NCBI GenBank assembly: GCA_001643675.2
Contig: LSRY02000021.1
Location: 558,001-622,000 of the forward strand
Direction of reading: 5' to 3'
Length of the DNA stretch: 64,000 nucleotides
From: Monocercomonoides exilis PA203
Taxonomy: Eukaryota; Protista; Preaxostyla
Below the pieces are notes generated by a model, which made no database searches, was not told the DNA's origin, and was given only the letters and a program-made list of their open reading frames with translations. Within the stretch, counting starts at the first letter, position 1; each line of letters begins with the position of its first letter. Shown here piece by piece: positions 44,901 through 57,640 of the stretch. A program made the translations under genes and the position numbers.

Positions 44901-45711
44901 AGGGACAGCCTCATAAATTGGATTTTGAACTTCATTCTTTGTATTCTTATTGGCATTCTGATTCTGTTTAGACTGATTCTTCATCTGAGAATGACGATGT
45001 TTGTGAGCATCTCCTTCATTCCGCTTCTGACTTGCTGTGTTTTCAGTCTGACTTGGCGAGATTGTGATTGACAGCTCTTCAAACGTCACAGGCGGCTGCT
45101 GTGCGCGAAGCAGTGGATAAGGAATAAGATCGACAAACTCAGCTAAGATGTGCCCGAGACGAGGATAGGAAAGAAAATCGTTTGAGGAGAAAGAAGAAGT
45201 CTCTGTGCGAAGATGAGGAGAAGAAAGAGGAAACAAAAAGGAAGCAGAAGAAGCGCTGGAAGAGCTAACCAAAGACAAAGGCTCAGAGGGAGGTCGTTTG
45301 GAAGATATGAAATCTGAGTCATTTGAAGAAGTGGTTGTATTGGTAGCAGTTTTGATATTTGGAACATCATTTGAAGAAAGATCGAGTAAAAATGAATCAG
45401 AATTTGAAGATGATGATGAAGATGATGAAGATGATGAAGATGATGTTGATGAAGATGAATGAAGCATGGGCTGATTGCGATGTTCGAGATGAGGCATTTT
45501 TCTGGTTTGGCCTGATGCAGTTGACAATTTTTGAGTATCTTCCAATTTGGCAGAAGAATGAGAGCGAAGAGTATTTGACAGAACAGGCTGACTGGCTGGT
45601 CTGTTGTGAACAGGCAAGGTTTGAGAGAGATGTGGCTTATGAGAGAATTCTTCTGTTTTTGTTATTGGTTTTTTGGACGTCTTTTCTTTATCAAGAGAGA
45701 AGGTACGCGAT

Positions 45712-45749
<38 letters not shown>

Positions 45750-48700
45750 AGAAGAAGACGATACAAAAGCAGATTCTTCTTCCTCCTCTTCCTTAATTCT
45801 GGTGATTGCTGATGTTAAATAGCGTTTCTTTTGAGAAGCTGCCAATGAAGAATCAGAAGAGGCATCATCATCATCATCATCGAAATGCTCCAAAGAAGAC
45901 AAATCATCTTCGTTTTTCTCATAATTTTTGGCTTTATCATTTTCATCTCGTTCTTTCTCTGTTTTCATTTCTTCCTCTTTTCTCATCTCCTTGTCTGACC
46001 CTTCCAATATCTTTTGTGTTATCACGTCTTTACCAATATTTGCAGTTACTCCTTTCCCTTTTTGTTCAGCTTGCTTTTGTTCCATTTTCAACAAAGCAGC
46101 TTTTTGAATGTCTGCTTTCTTTCTCACTTTTTCTGCAGCGTCTTCGTCTCCAATCATTTTCAAATAGCCGACCATTCCTACTGCTCCTTTGTCTTCTTCT
46201 TTTAATTTCTCCGAAATCTCATTTTGAACTGATATTTCTCCGTTGGCAATATTCTGTCTCTGGCGGAATGCTGGTGAGCCTGAACGAGCAGAAGAAGGAG
46301 ACTGCAGGGAAGGTGATAACAGAGAAGGAGATAAAGAAGAATCATTCGAAGAAGAAGAAGATGATGATGATGATGATGATGATGAAGCATGAGACGAGAT
46401 AAGCTGTCTTACCAACGCAGCTGCAGTTGATGCTCCTGCGACCAATGATGCAGAGTTCGGTGTTGTTTCATTCGAACCCGGTGGTGACTTCACATGTTCA
46501 TCATTGAATTCTCCAATGAGCGACAATTCGTGTGCTTCTCTTGTATTATCTTTGACTTCATCAAATGTAATTACTTCACTCTGAAACTGTCGCTGGGATA
46601 ACTCTAATTCTCCTTCATTTCTTTCTTTCCCTTCTTTCCCTTCTTCCCGTAGCTCTGAAACCAACACAGATGGCGAAGTCGAACGAGCAGCTTTATCTTT
46701 ATTTCCAATTGGCTTCTCTTTCATTCCTTTTCTCTCTTTGTGCGTCTCACTCAGCCGCCGAGTAAACCGAATAGGAGCATCTTCTCTGCCAGCAATGTGC
46801 TTTGTCGTCTTTGCAGCAGTCGAAAACGCTCCGCCTTTGAAACCAGTCTGAGGCATCTGCGAAGCAGCCGTGCTGGAGGAAGAAGAGGAATTTAAAGAAG
46901 AAGAAGAGGAGGAAGAGGAAGAGGAGGAGGATGAAGTAGAAGATGATGATGATCCAAAGATGATGGAAGAAGAGAGTGTGTGTTGTGGCGGTTGAACGAG
47001 CCGCCGTGGTACAGAAAGCGGGTTTGTTTGCGAAGGCGCAAGCAGATAGATAGGAACAGTACTATACAAATGCTCGTCTCTTGCATGAAATCCTTCTTCT
47101 CCTCTCTTTCTTTCTTCTTCTCCTTCCTCTTCCTCTTTGCCTTCTTCCTCTTTTTCTTTTGGCTTCCCATCGAGCAAGTGATTACCTGTTTTCTCCTTTT
47201 TCCCTGTTTCTCTGTTCCCTCTTTCCTTTCCTTGTGTCTCGTCTGCCATTTCCTTCAGCACTCGTCCAAAGGCAATCGGCATAGTTCTGCTGAGCCGCAG
47301 CGATTCTCCCAATTCGTCCCGCTTCTTCTTTGCAGAGGCAAGTCGGAGTGTTTTTATTGACAGGACAGATGGATCGAGCGAAGGGATGGGAATGGCTATG
47401 TGGGAATGAGAAGGTTTGGCACGTGGGGATGGGGAATGAGATGAGGAAGAGGAGGAGGAAGAAGAAGTTGATGATGATGATGATTGCGAAGTGGATGATG
47501 GTGGTACTGAAGTGGAAGATGATGATGAAGAGGAAAAGGAAGAAGAAGAAGATGATGATGAAAGTGGTTGTGGGGGTGAAGCAGCAAGTGAAGATGAAGT
47601 GTCCGATTGAGATTGAATTGTTTTTGAATGAGTTGAATGGAGTGAATGAGATGGAGTGTGATGATGTGAAGTGGATTGAGGTGATGTCTGTTTGGATTTT
47701 GATGTATGTGAACGTGAAGCGAAAGACAAAGAAGAGGAAGAAGCTTGAGAAGAGGTAGAAGAAGAAGAAGCAGAAGCAGAAGATGTTGAAGCTAGTCTTT
47801 GAGAAGACGAAGATGTAGCGATCAGAAATGGATTATCGACTGTATTTCTTCTCTGTGGTTGCAAAGGCAGTTCAGAACGATTGGCAGAAAATGCTGAAAG
47901 TTCATCCATGTTCTGCTCTGATGCTGCTTTTTCCTGAATTTTCTGTTTTTCGCTCCGTTGAGAAACAAACTCGGCTGTTGAGTCGAGAAATCTTTGGAGT
48001 TTTGTGTGTTCGTCCAAATGTGACCTTTCAACTGTCTTTGAATTAGTAGCGTTTGCATAGTTGAGCTTCTTTTGACTGTCGTTTTGCTCTTCCAAGTCTA
48101 TTTCATCAAACTTGTCTTTCTCTTCTTTCTTTTCTTTCCATTTTTCGTTTTCTTTCTCTTTTTCTTTACGTTTTTCGCGAAGCTGCTCCATTTTTTTGGC
48201 TGTGCTTGTGTCTTTTTGAGGGAGTGTCTGAGGTCTGATGCTTCGGGCAGACAAAAGAGAACCCAACTCTGGTTTGTTTTCGTCTTTTGTGGCATCGTCT
48301 TTTCCTGGCGGCAGCTCGTTTTGCGCTCCAAGCGCCTGCAAGTCCACTTTCTGAAACGGTGAGTGCCCTGTGTATGGCTGTGACGCTGCACGGCTCAAGG
48401 CTCTGGATTGTGGCGGTGTTAGAAGCACGGATATGGGTTGCTTTGCGGGTGAAACTGTAAAGCGAGCAGATAAAAGCGAAGGAGCTGCGACGTCCACCAT
48501 CCCCAAAGCAGAATTACTTCGATATGAAACAATTCTTGCTGAGATGTCGGCTCGCTCATCGCTTCTAACCTGAGGTGAAAGGGATCTTGTAGAACGATCA
48601 GATGAAGATGATGCGCCCCACAGTTTTTCATGATGCAAGGAAGGCTTCCGATCAAGGTAGGCGTCTCTAGGTGGTAAGTGAATATTTGTTTCTTGTTTTC

Positions 48701-49164
48701 TTTCCACAATTATTTGCGGAGAAGCCAGATTTTCTGTGATTGAATTTTGATGTGAAAGCTGATGAGTGGTCGATTTAATTTCGTTGGCAATTGTTTTTTG
48801 GTCAATGAAATGCTGTTCATCTTCATTTTTTCTGTTTTATATATATTCATTAGTCATTGAAATTACATTTACAATGTGAATTATTGTTTGTGGCAAACCT
48901 TAAAAAAGATATTTTCTTCATTGAAATCGGAATTGAACTTTTTGAAGTCTGGACCTCTGAATCTGGAACTTCATTTTTTTGAGTCTTTTTTGAAAAATTG
49001 CCATTTAACTGATTGGTATGTGGCAAAACAGATGAAATATGAGAAAAAGCATTGATTGTCTTTTTATTTGAAATTTTTGCCTTTTTTTCTAATAAAGCAA
49101 TTTCTTCTCGTTGTTTTTTGATCGCTTCTCTCAATTCCTTTCTCTTTGTTTCAGAATCTGACAT
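35412..49164 (-). CDS. Giant (~4560 aa) low-complexity protein with C-terminal CKK domain (CAMSAP/Patronin-like); exon 1 49164-48899, intron 48898-48832, exon 2 48831-35412
   Basis: C-terminus SNKQVVVKMLK..EVLDVISQRKESEHFIV..KFSGLF..RIFG..VNKWMKFDSGSRSFNELHVTTFTPSIDAVVL matches the CKK consensus; 13.4-kb open exon; splice keeps frame. Confidence 0.85.
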
Positions 49165-49205
49165 ATTTTTTTGAGATCGATTAGATCCATGTGGCGTAAT
49201 TTAAA
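49165..49205. promoter_or_regulatory. 41-bp divergent intergenic spacer (putative bidirectional promoter)
   Basis: Lies between the CKK-gene ATG (49164, -) and the YOS1 ATG (49206, +). Confidence 0.55.
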
Positions 49206-49529
49206 ATGCTCTTCAGTTTAAAGCACATTTTACAAGCTATATTGTTGTTTCTGAATGCTCTAGCAATTTTGAACGAAAAACGCGTCCTCAGGCGTTTTGG
49301 ATTCAATAGGAGGCAAGCCTTTCTCGATGAAAATCCTGGTCCAAAGGAGAAATTTTTTAATTTCATAATTTCACTTCAAACTGTCATGAGATGTATGCTT
49401 CTGATAATTTATCACATATCCATTTTTATTTTAACATAAAATATAAATTCTTATTTCAATTTAACAACTATTAAAGATCCTTTGATAATTCTAAATATAA
49501 TTTTCCTAATTGGAGCAATCTTCCTTTAG
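49206..49529 (+). CDS. YOS1: Yos1/IER3IP1 ER-Golgi transport protein; intron 49393-49476
   Basis: LQAILLFLNALAILNEKRVL..G..PGPKEKFFNFIISLQTVMR|YPLIILNIIFLI matches the Yos1 NAIAILNEERFL/RTVMRxPLI motifs. Confidence 0.92.
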
Positions 49530-50105
49530 CAATGCATGCGCGCGACTTATCTACAACATATCTCAATTCACTTCTATAATATTTTATTTTTATGTTTTTT
49601 GTACTTCGTTATTCTTACGATCTTACAATTTCTCCGTTATTTTCTATTTTCCGAACTCGGAACAATACTTTTGCTCGAAGCAGGAGAAATATTAAAATTG
49701 AAAATTATTTTCATTGTGCAAATCAATTTTGATTTGTTTCAGTTATTAAGAAACAGATTACAATTTGTTATTGATATTTTTGACATGCGTAATTGAGGAA
49801 ATGTGAAGAATCGTTTTCACTTAAATAATAAAAAATGAGTATAATTCCAATCGAATTATTTTCTTTCCATTGTTATTTAGGAAACAAAATGCTATATGGT
49901 TTTTCATCCTTCAAAAAAATATTGACAATAATATTTTCACAAATGAAGTTTTCAGAAATGCAACATAAATTTTAAATTTGTTCAATTAAAGATAAAAGTG
50001 TGATAGTTTTTTTATTTTGAAGTGATTTTTTCTTTTTCTTTTCTTTTTCTTTTCTTTTCTTTTTGCTCATTAATGAAAATTGTTAATTTCGCGTTGATCA
50101 CACTT

Positions 50106-50109
<4 letters not shown>

Positions 50110-50159
<50 letters not shown>
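50110..50159. repeat. poly(A) tract, 50 nt
   Basis: Homopolymer run. Confidence 0.95.
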
Positions 50160-50162
<3 letters not shown>

Positions 50163-50296
50163 CAATTTATCAAATGCAATTATTTGAGAAATAATGAGTT
50201 AACCTTTGGACTGAAAAAATAAATTATTTTTTTCTAATTTTCAAATTTATCAATTGTTTTTAAGTGAGTTCACAAAATATTCTGAAAAAAAAAGAA

Positions 50297-50344
50297 AAAA
50301 CATTTTCGTAATTATAATTGTTATTTTAATTACGAAAATGTTTT
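50297..50344. repeat. 18-bp perfect inverted repeat with 12-nt spacer
   Basis: AAAACATTTTCGTAATTA ... TAATTACGAAAATGTTTT. Confidence 0.8.
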
Positions 50345-50789
50345 CTGACTTTTATTAGATGAATTGAGAATATAATTTTTCTATTTGAATAGATTCATCT
50401 TATTTGAATGAACTGGGTTTTTCTTGAATGATGTCATGTTATTTTAAATTGTTGAAGTGACACTTGAATAAAGTGCGATACACTTAAATAAAGTTTTTAT
50501 GAAAAAGTGGTGAACACTAATGATAATATTTATTCGTTTCATCTTTCACTTCTTAAACAAAATAAATTGAAAAATCAAAATTGATTGTGATTTTTCAATA
50601 TTCTCAAACAAAATTTGAGACATGTTAAAAGAAGATTTTATTTGATAGAAACGACGTGAAATGAATGAAAAAATAATTTTGTTCTCGTTTTTATATCCTG
50701 TTTTTTCTCATTAACAAAAAATTTGATCATCACGTAATTAAATATCGAGAATAAAAATTTGCTTCTATTAATGTTCATGGAGCGATTTA

Positions 50790-52380
50790 TCACTGATATT
50801 TTCCGTAGTACTGAAACGCGAAGCTGAATATATGGGTTGATGCAGCTTTCGATATCAACTTTCAATATTTCTGGCTTATGAATCAATTATTTCATCAGAT
50901 TTTTATTCAAAAAGCTACACTTGATTCTTCTTTAATGAATCAGCATCTGCTTTCATCCACTGAGCGTCTGAAGAAATCTCCATCGTCACCATCCCAAACT
51001 CCTTCGGATCCTTTCTGCTGTTATCATTCACAATCTCTCTCAGATCTTCGGCTTCATTCTTCACCTTCTTCCTCAAACAGCCAGAACTACAATGACTACA
51101 AGCAGTGATTCAACAACCTCAATGCAAACAATCAACGACCAATACGATTTCTTTTCTTTTCCTCCTTCAACAATCCTTTCCTCTCCATTTGCTTTCAACT
51201 TTCTTTTGCTTTTCAGAACAAACAAATCAGTTGAAGACAACCGCTTTCCATACCCAATCATTACAAACACCTCCGTCTCATCTGGGATTGAAGAAAGATT
51301 TCTCGAAGGCACCATCCCAACTGCTTCCGCTTCACTCACAAACCCATCTTCTTCAAAATGATATGTCTCAATCAGGTCTGTATCTCCAGTTGAAAAAATC
51401 AGACGGAATGACAAATCACACGGCAGAAGAAGCGCTCCCTTGAATTGAATTTCAATCCAACTTCCATTTTCGCTGGCCGAAGCCCCATAAAACTTGGGAA
51501 TGAAGAAGGGCGATTCCCTTTTTCCTGCCATCCCTTCCAGGCTGCGTCCATCATCCAGAATCCACAGCGAAGAATTATCTTTCACCACATCCCCACACTT
51601 CAAGCTCGAAATGGTCAGCAAAGCAGAATCTGAGCAGATGATATTATCCGGAGTGAAGAATATAAAAAAAAATGGATTGTGGTGAAAGAATTATCCTTTC
51701 TCAATCGTCACATTTCCAGCCAAGATCGACAATTCACAAACGAAGAATTAGAAATTGAAGCTCCTTTATTATTATTGCTGAATTTTTTAATGGATAAGCG
51801 AATTATTCTGCACAAACAAATCTTCTAATCTTTAAGCTTCATCTTGAAAATGAGAAGTGAAGAAACCAAAGCTTCCAACAAACAGATTTGTTCACACTCC
51901 AGCGAAAGAGCAGAACAGCATCAACAAAGCTATTTTCCTTTAGGTGTATCAACTACAACATGTGAATGAGCAGTTATTCAAAAAAATCGATGTTTCCAGA
52001 GAAATCAGCCATACTCTCTGAGGAGCATTTGTATGAACAAAAATGTTGGTGTTCAAAATTACTGACAGCTTCATCTCTCTTCTCATTTTATTGTCAGCTC
52101 TCATCCTTTTTCTCATCATATCTTCTCCGAAAAAAGTATTCAAAGTTCTGATCTCCAAAAACGGAACCTCATGAATCATACATCATTTTGAGGCCTGCGA
52201 GAAATTGAAGCATTTATTCAACAAGTTCACATGATTTGCATTGAACATTTTCGCCGATCCGAATTTATCGACTTTTTCCAATTATAAGTTGATTCTTGAA
52301 ATGGAATTTTGGAACTTTGTTATTACACCTTCTCCTTTGCAGCACATGAAGATGACAAGGAGCCTGTGAAAATAACCATT
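50790..52380 (-). pseudogene. Pseudogene fragment of a large single-pass surface receptor-like protein family
   Basis: Ectodomain-like pieces (WILDDGRSLEG..IEIQFKGALLLPCDLSFRL..FVSEAEAVG), TM-like WSLIVCIEVVESLLVVIVVLAV then a stop, and a juxtamembrane remnant; multiple stops and frameshifts. Confidence 0.6.
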
Positions 52381-53091
52381 TTTAATGGAAAAAAAGGACA
52401 CATGGGGAAAAAGAATGTGAAAAAACAATATTATATCGAATAAGCTTCTGAAAGTTTAGAAACAATTGAATAGATTTTAACTCACAAGGAAAATTATCCA
52501 TGTTTTTCACATTTGAGTATTGCTTTATTCGTAAAACTGATACACGTTACGAATAATTAGAAAATTCGTTCAGCGTGTTTTTAACATTTTTGAACATTCG
52601 ATTTTCTGGATGCACCTCAATATTAATTTACTAATTTTTTTATTTTCAATTTGTTAGAAATGAATGAGTCTGGTGAGTTAAACTTAATCAACTTAACAAA
52701 AGCAGTATTTGTTTAACTTTTATTTGACTTTTTGTTCAACTGATCATCTTTTTTTGGAGAGTCTCTCAGTATGATATCTTTTCAAGAAGATTTGAACATA
52801 CACGGATGATGTACTTCGATTTAAATGTTCAGTGGGTAAGTTCGAATCATTGTTCAGAGTTGATGTTTCATTTTCCCCATAATTTTGTTAGAATTTTATC
52901 TTTTTCGAATAATGTCGTTATTATCTGGCACAAGCTTTATTGCTTTCTTTGGAATTCCTAGAGATGATGAAGATTCACACATTGGATGGTTTTCATTTTG
53001 TATTTTTTGAATTGTTGACATTTGAACAAAAAATATGCGGTGAAAAGAATGTAGAATGGCCATCGTTTGATCAAAACGATTTTGAATTTAA

Positions 53092-54888
53092 TGCGCACTT
53101 TATAAAAAATCCTGTGAAAGTCGTTCCCAAAATGAAGATAATTCATCTCATCAACAAACTGTTCCATCAACATCAAATGTTTTGAATGTTATTTATCAAA
53201 CAACACCATTTATTCACTACGAAACAAGATAACATTTGAATTCAAAAATTCAAAAAACTGCAGATAGTCCCTCCATTAAAGAGTCACCTTCAAAATATAC
53301 TCTGAATTCAACGAAAATCAAAGAGAAAAGATTCAAAAAAATGAAGCAATCTGTTAATCTGCGGAATGAAAAACCGAAGCGGAAACAGCCGGATTTTGAA
53401 GAACTGCAGGATAGGAAAACAAAACAATTGGAAAAAATAGAAAAGATTGATATTAATCAAGATGAAGAGAAAAATGAAGAATCACTAGGATTTATCACCG
53501 ATCATTATCTTCGTTTCACAAATGATGAGCATTTACGTCTACCGAAAACAACAATTGTTGAACTTGGAAATTTGATGAAATCCATCGTGAACAGCGCACC
53601 GAAAAAAGGGCCTCCGTCAACACTTTCACCACACGATAAGCTTATAGTGTATCTTGAGTGGCTGTCCAGCAGGACAACCTTGGAGAGAATTTCCTCTTTA
53701 ATGGGTATATCTCAATCAATGGCAAGCAATTGTTTGACTGATGCACGTCCCGCATTGCTTTCTACGTTGAATGAAATTTTTTCCGCTCCACCTAAGCCTC
53801 CAACAATTCCCAACGAAGAATTTCCTAATGTTGCTTTGTTAGTCGATGCAACGACTATGAAAGTGCCGTTTCCAATTTCTACCACATTTACGGAAGGGAA
53901 AAAACTGTTTGATGCACATCATTCAATTTCCTGCATCAAAATCAAAGTGGCAGCTTCATCTTGGAAACCTCACAAAGCCTAATTCGTTTCTGGCGCGATT
54001 GAAGAAGGAAAACATGATGTTTTCCTGTTTCGAAAAGGAATGAAAAGATATGAGGAATATTTGAAAAAAACTGATCAGGAAAGAATATGGAATTATCATG
54101 ATTTTAGGAATGATAGCTTGGCGATTATGGGAGACAAAGGATATCAAGGACATTTCCCAAACATTCGATTGATCACTCCCATCAAAAAATGTTTTTTCCA
54201 AGAATTGACTTCCGTCAAATTTTCATCAGAAATGGACAAGCTTCCTTCTCCTCCTCGTTCTCCTTTTCCTCCTTCCTCTCCTTCTTTCGCTTCTCCACAA
54301 CAACTCCCTCCACTCCCTGCACTCCCTCCGCTTCCTCTTATTCCTCAAACAGAATCACATTCCACTTTTCCTGAATGCTCCCAAGCTTTAACCCAACTTC
54401 CTTCTGATTATTTTCCTGAAACAATGTAATTATCATCACAAGCCTTGTCACAACTTTCATTTTTTGATTCTTCTATTTCATCATTAACTAAAAGAACATC
54501 TTCATCATCGACTGAATCCACCAGCTCCATACTTGACCAACACACTGAACAAGAATTGGATTTTCTAAGTATTGAAGAATTCAACAAGAGCATTGCTAGA
54601 TGCCGTATTCCCGTTGAATGGTTTTTCGGCCGGATGAAAAAACTTTGGCTCAGACTTTCTGATACCTACTCAGGAGGCAGAGAAAACGTTGGAACAGATG
54701 CAAAAATAGCATCTTGGTTGACTAATTTAATTATTGACTATCACAGACTGGAAGATAATGATGGTATATTTTATAAGAAAACAGAAGTGTTTGAGTGTTA
54801 TAAAGAAAAAGAAAGAAAGAAAATAAGAGATATTAATACACGTGCAAACACCGAAAGAAAAGCAATTCGAAAAACTTCATTTATGTGA
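53092..54888 (+). mobile_element. PIF/Harbinger (IS5-like, DDE_Tnp_4) transposase pseudogene with in-frame TAA at 53230, 53980 and 54427
   Basis: HTH LSPHDKLIVYLEWL..LERISSLMGISQS; catalytic LLVDAT, GKHD, IMGDKGY, LITPIKK, FNKSIARCRIPVEWFFGRMK all in one frame. Confidence 0.88.
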
Positions 54889-55408
54889 CAATTTTTTATC
54901 ATTGACTTTCGAAATATTTCGAAAACAAACGAAAATGCAAGAGCACAATTTGAAACTCATTTTTATATGAACGACAATTGCATTTTTGCGTCAATATGAA
55001 CAAAGGAATGAATATTTCAATAATTTCTTGATGAGATTCATTTTTCTTTTGTACTATTTCGATTCCTCAAAAGATTAAGTTTAAAACATTCTTGTTTTCT
55101 TTGTATGTTTTATTTTGATTTCAAAGACACAAATGCTTAACAAAATTTATCGCATTGTACAAAAGAAAAAAAAAGTCACGAAAAAAAAAACGTTTTTTAA
55201 TAAGTTATTGAAGAAATGAACAAATGATTTTTTATAATTTGCAAGAAGTTATTTGGCAGAGAAAAATGAGATATTGATTTTTATTAATAAAAAAAAATTT
55301 GACTAAAATAACAAAAATCATTTCCAAAACAACATCGTTAATCTTCAAATAATATATGTATGTTTTTGCAATCAATTTTATAAACATAAAAAATATATGT
55401 TTTTGAAG

Positions 55409-55657
55409 ATATGGCTAATTTTTTTTGAAAAGTTCCTTTTGTTAAATTTTCAAATAGAATAAAAATTTCATATTTCGATCAATTTTCTGTTCCCACTCAC
55501 CAAATTTCGATGTCATGAAAACAATATCTTGACAATGTTATTGTTTCCATTTTAGTGAAGTTTCGTCAGTGTGAACAGAAAATTGATCGAAATATGAAAT
55601 TTTTATTCTATTTGAAAATTTAACAAAAGGAACTTTTCAAAAAAAAATTAGCCATAT
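55409..55657. mobile_element. ~250-bp palindromic MITE-like element
   Basis: About 85-bp perfect arms ATATGGCTAA...CTGTTC and GAACAG...TTAGCCATAT; inner region still imperfectly complementary. Confidence 0.85.
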
Positions 55658-56206
55658 TTTTCGTAACTCAAATGAACTCAGTTTATTAAAAATTCATCTA
55701 TTGATTTTTGTCAACTTTTTGTAAATTTTAAGTTTTTAAACTTTGTATTAAAAAAGGTGCAACAATTTTGACTGAAATCAATTCCATGCAAAAATAAAAA
55801 AATTCAAAAGTAATATCAAAATTTTTAGTATTTCCTTATTTCGAAGAAAAAAGATATCAAAAAAAATTATCTTGTTAAGTATTCGAAGTTTCATTTGGAC
55901 TTCAGAAAACAAAAATCAGAAATCACTATTTCAAAAATTCTTATCTGACAATATATTCTTATAAATTTTGTCTAATAAATAATTTTCTTGGTTTTCAAAA
56001 AAATGAAAATTATTTCATTTTAAAAAAAATATTTTCATTCAATAGTTATTATTTGTTAATAACATTAAATACAAAAAAAAAATCGAATGAAAAGAAAAAA
56101 TCCACTCAAAGAGAATCAAATATATAAAAATTGTTTTTTCAAATATTTAAAGGAATTTTGATTCATTTCAAAAATATGGGTTAAACTAACTTGTGTACTT
56201 TTTTAG

Positions 56207-57640
56207 ATGAAAAAACCACAAATAGAAAGAGAGCCCAGATTTGGAGACGCAACAGCACTTTTAGTTTTTGCGATATGTGCCTTGATAGCATTAATTTTTG
56301 GAGTCATTTTTTGCCATGGAGTCAGCCCGCTATTTTTTGCAGATACTGTTAATGGAATTGTTATGACATTTTGTATGCTGTTTATCTTTTCAAACACATG
56401 CAATATCAATATTTTTCTTTATAAAAATTGTGCAAACTATTTATGTACTGTTTTATTTACAAAATAAAGTTAGTTTTTCAGTCGGAATTGGGATAAATCT
56501 TCTGGGAAAGGTGAAAGAACCCACTTTATCCAGACTCTCTCTTGTAGTAGCTTCTTTTGGATGTACAGCGTTTTTTTATGGAGTTACTGAATGGCTATTC
56601 CATAGATTTATAGCAATTCCGCAAACTATTTTTTATCACCGTATTTTTGCATCTTTGCACATAATAATGTCTGCTATAGATTGTTTATTTAAAATTTCTT
56701 TGATTTTTTTTCTATAGTACTTGCTTTGATACATTTATTTTCGGAGGAAGATTTTTTTCTGGAATCAAAAATAAAGCGGCAGTATATGTGATACTTTTGA
56801 TAATCTGTATGAAAAGCTTTCAATCACAATTTATTTTTATTTCACCATTTTAATTTATTTTGTATCAATATTAATAAAGCTCTTGTTTTATCTATTGTCC
56901 TATACGGAGTTGCTGGGATGATTTTTTTCAATCCAAGAAACCCATCAATTATAGCTCTCGGAATTATAAGTGGTTATCTGCCTTGGGTAGCTGCATGGAT
57001 GTTTTTTATATGGAAGCCTTTGGCCGATGTGTTTGGAGAAGTTCGAGCTCTTATGAAGATGTCACTTATAACTCGTGGGATAGTGTACTTAGTTTTGTCT
57101 TTGCTTTTTGGAGCGTTGTGCTGCGGTATTGGAGTTGGCTTGACATTTGTTGAGAATGCAAAGATGGATATGAGCTCTGTGACAGCAATTCCCATTGGGT
57201 TGCGAGTGATGTTTGGAGGCATTACAGCATGGTATAGTTATACACCTGCACTTTTAATAGCTCATTACACGGACAATCTTCTGAAAGAACATCCTCTTGT
57301 TCCAGTTGATTTAAGTGAAAAGAGAAGCGGAAGAAAAGGAATGGTGAAGAACCAAAAGCAATCGCAGAAAGGGACGCGATGCTTGAAAAGAATGGGAATG
57401 ATTTTTTCGTTCATCATAGTTGGATACATCTGCTATCATGGTATCCTTGGTGGACTTAACATGAGCGGCTATGGAGTGCCATATTACTTTGCTGGCGACG
57501 AAGGCATGAGCTTGATGATCGCTGTTATCTTGTTCATTCACGCTCACATCACACAGTGCTATGGATTGTCTGTTGTAGTGGATCCAAATGCACAGCAAGG
57601 CAATGCACTTCAAAGAGTCGAAGAAGGAGCTGCTTCTTAA
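56207..57640 (+). CDS. Hypothetical multipass membrane protein, about 4 exons
   Basis: Successive hydrophobic segments in ORF pieces 56207, 56430 and 56918 joined by short GT-AG introns; family not recognised. Confidence 0.65.

Noticed and set aside
35437-48709. Numerous short ORFs overlapping the giant gene
   Set aside because: Antisense or alternate frames of the 13.4-kb exon
50110-50159. poly(A)/(T) tracts (also 7560 and 10942) as retroposon tails
   Set aside because: No target-site duplication or shared upstream body visible
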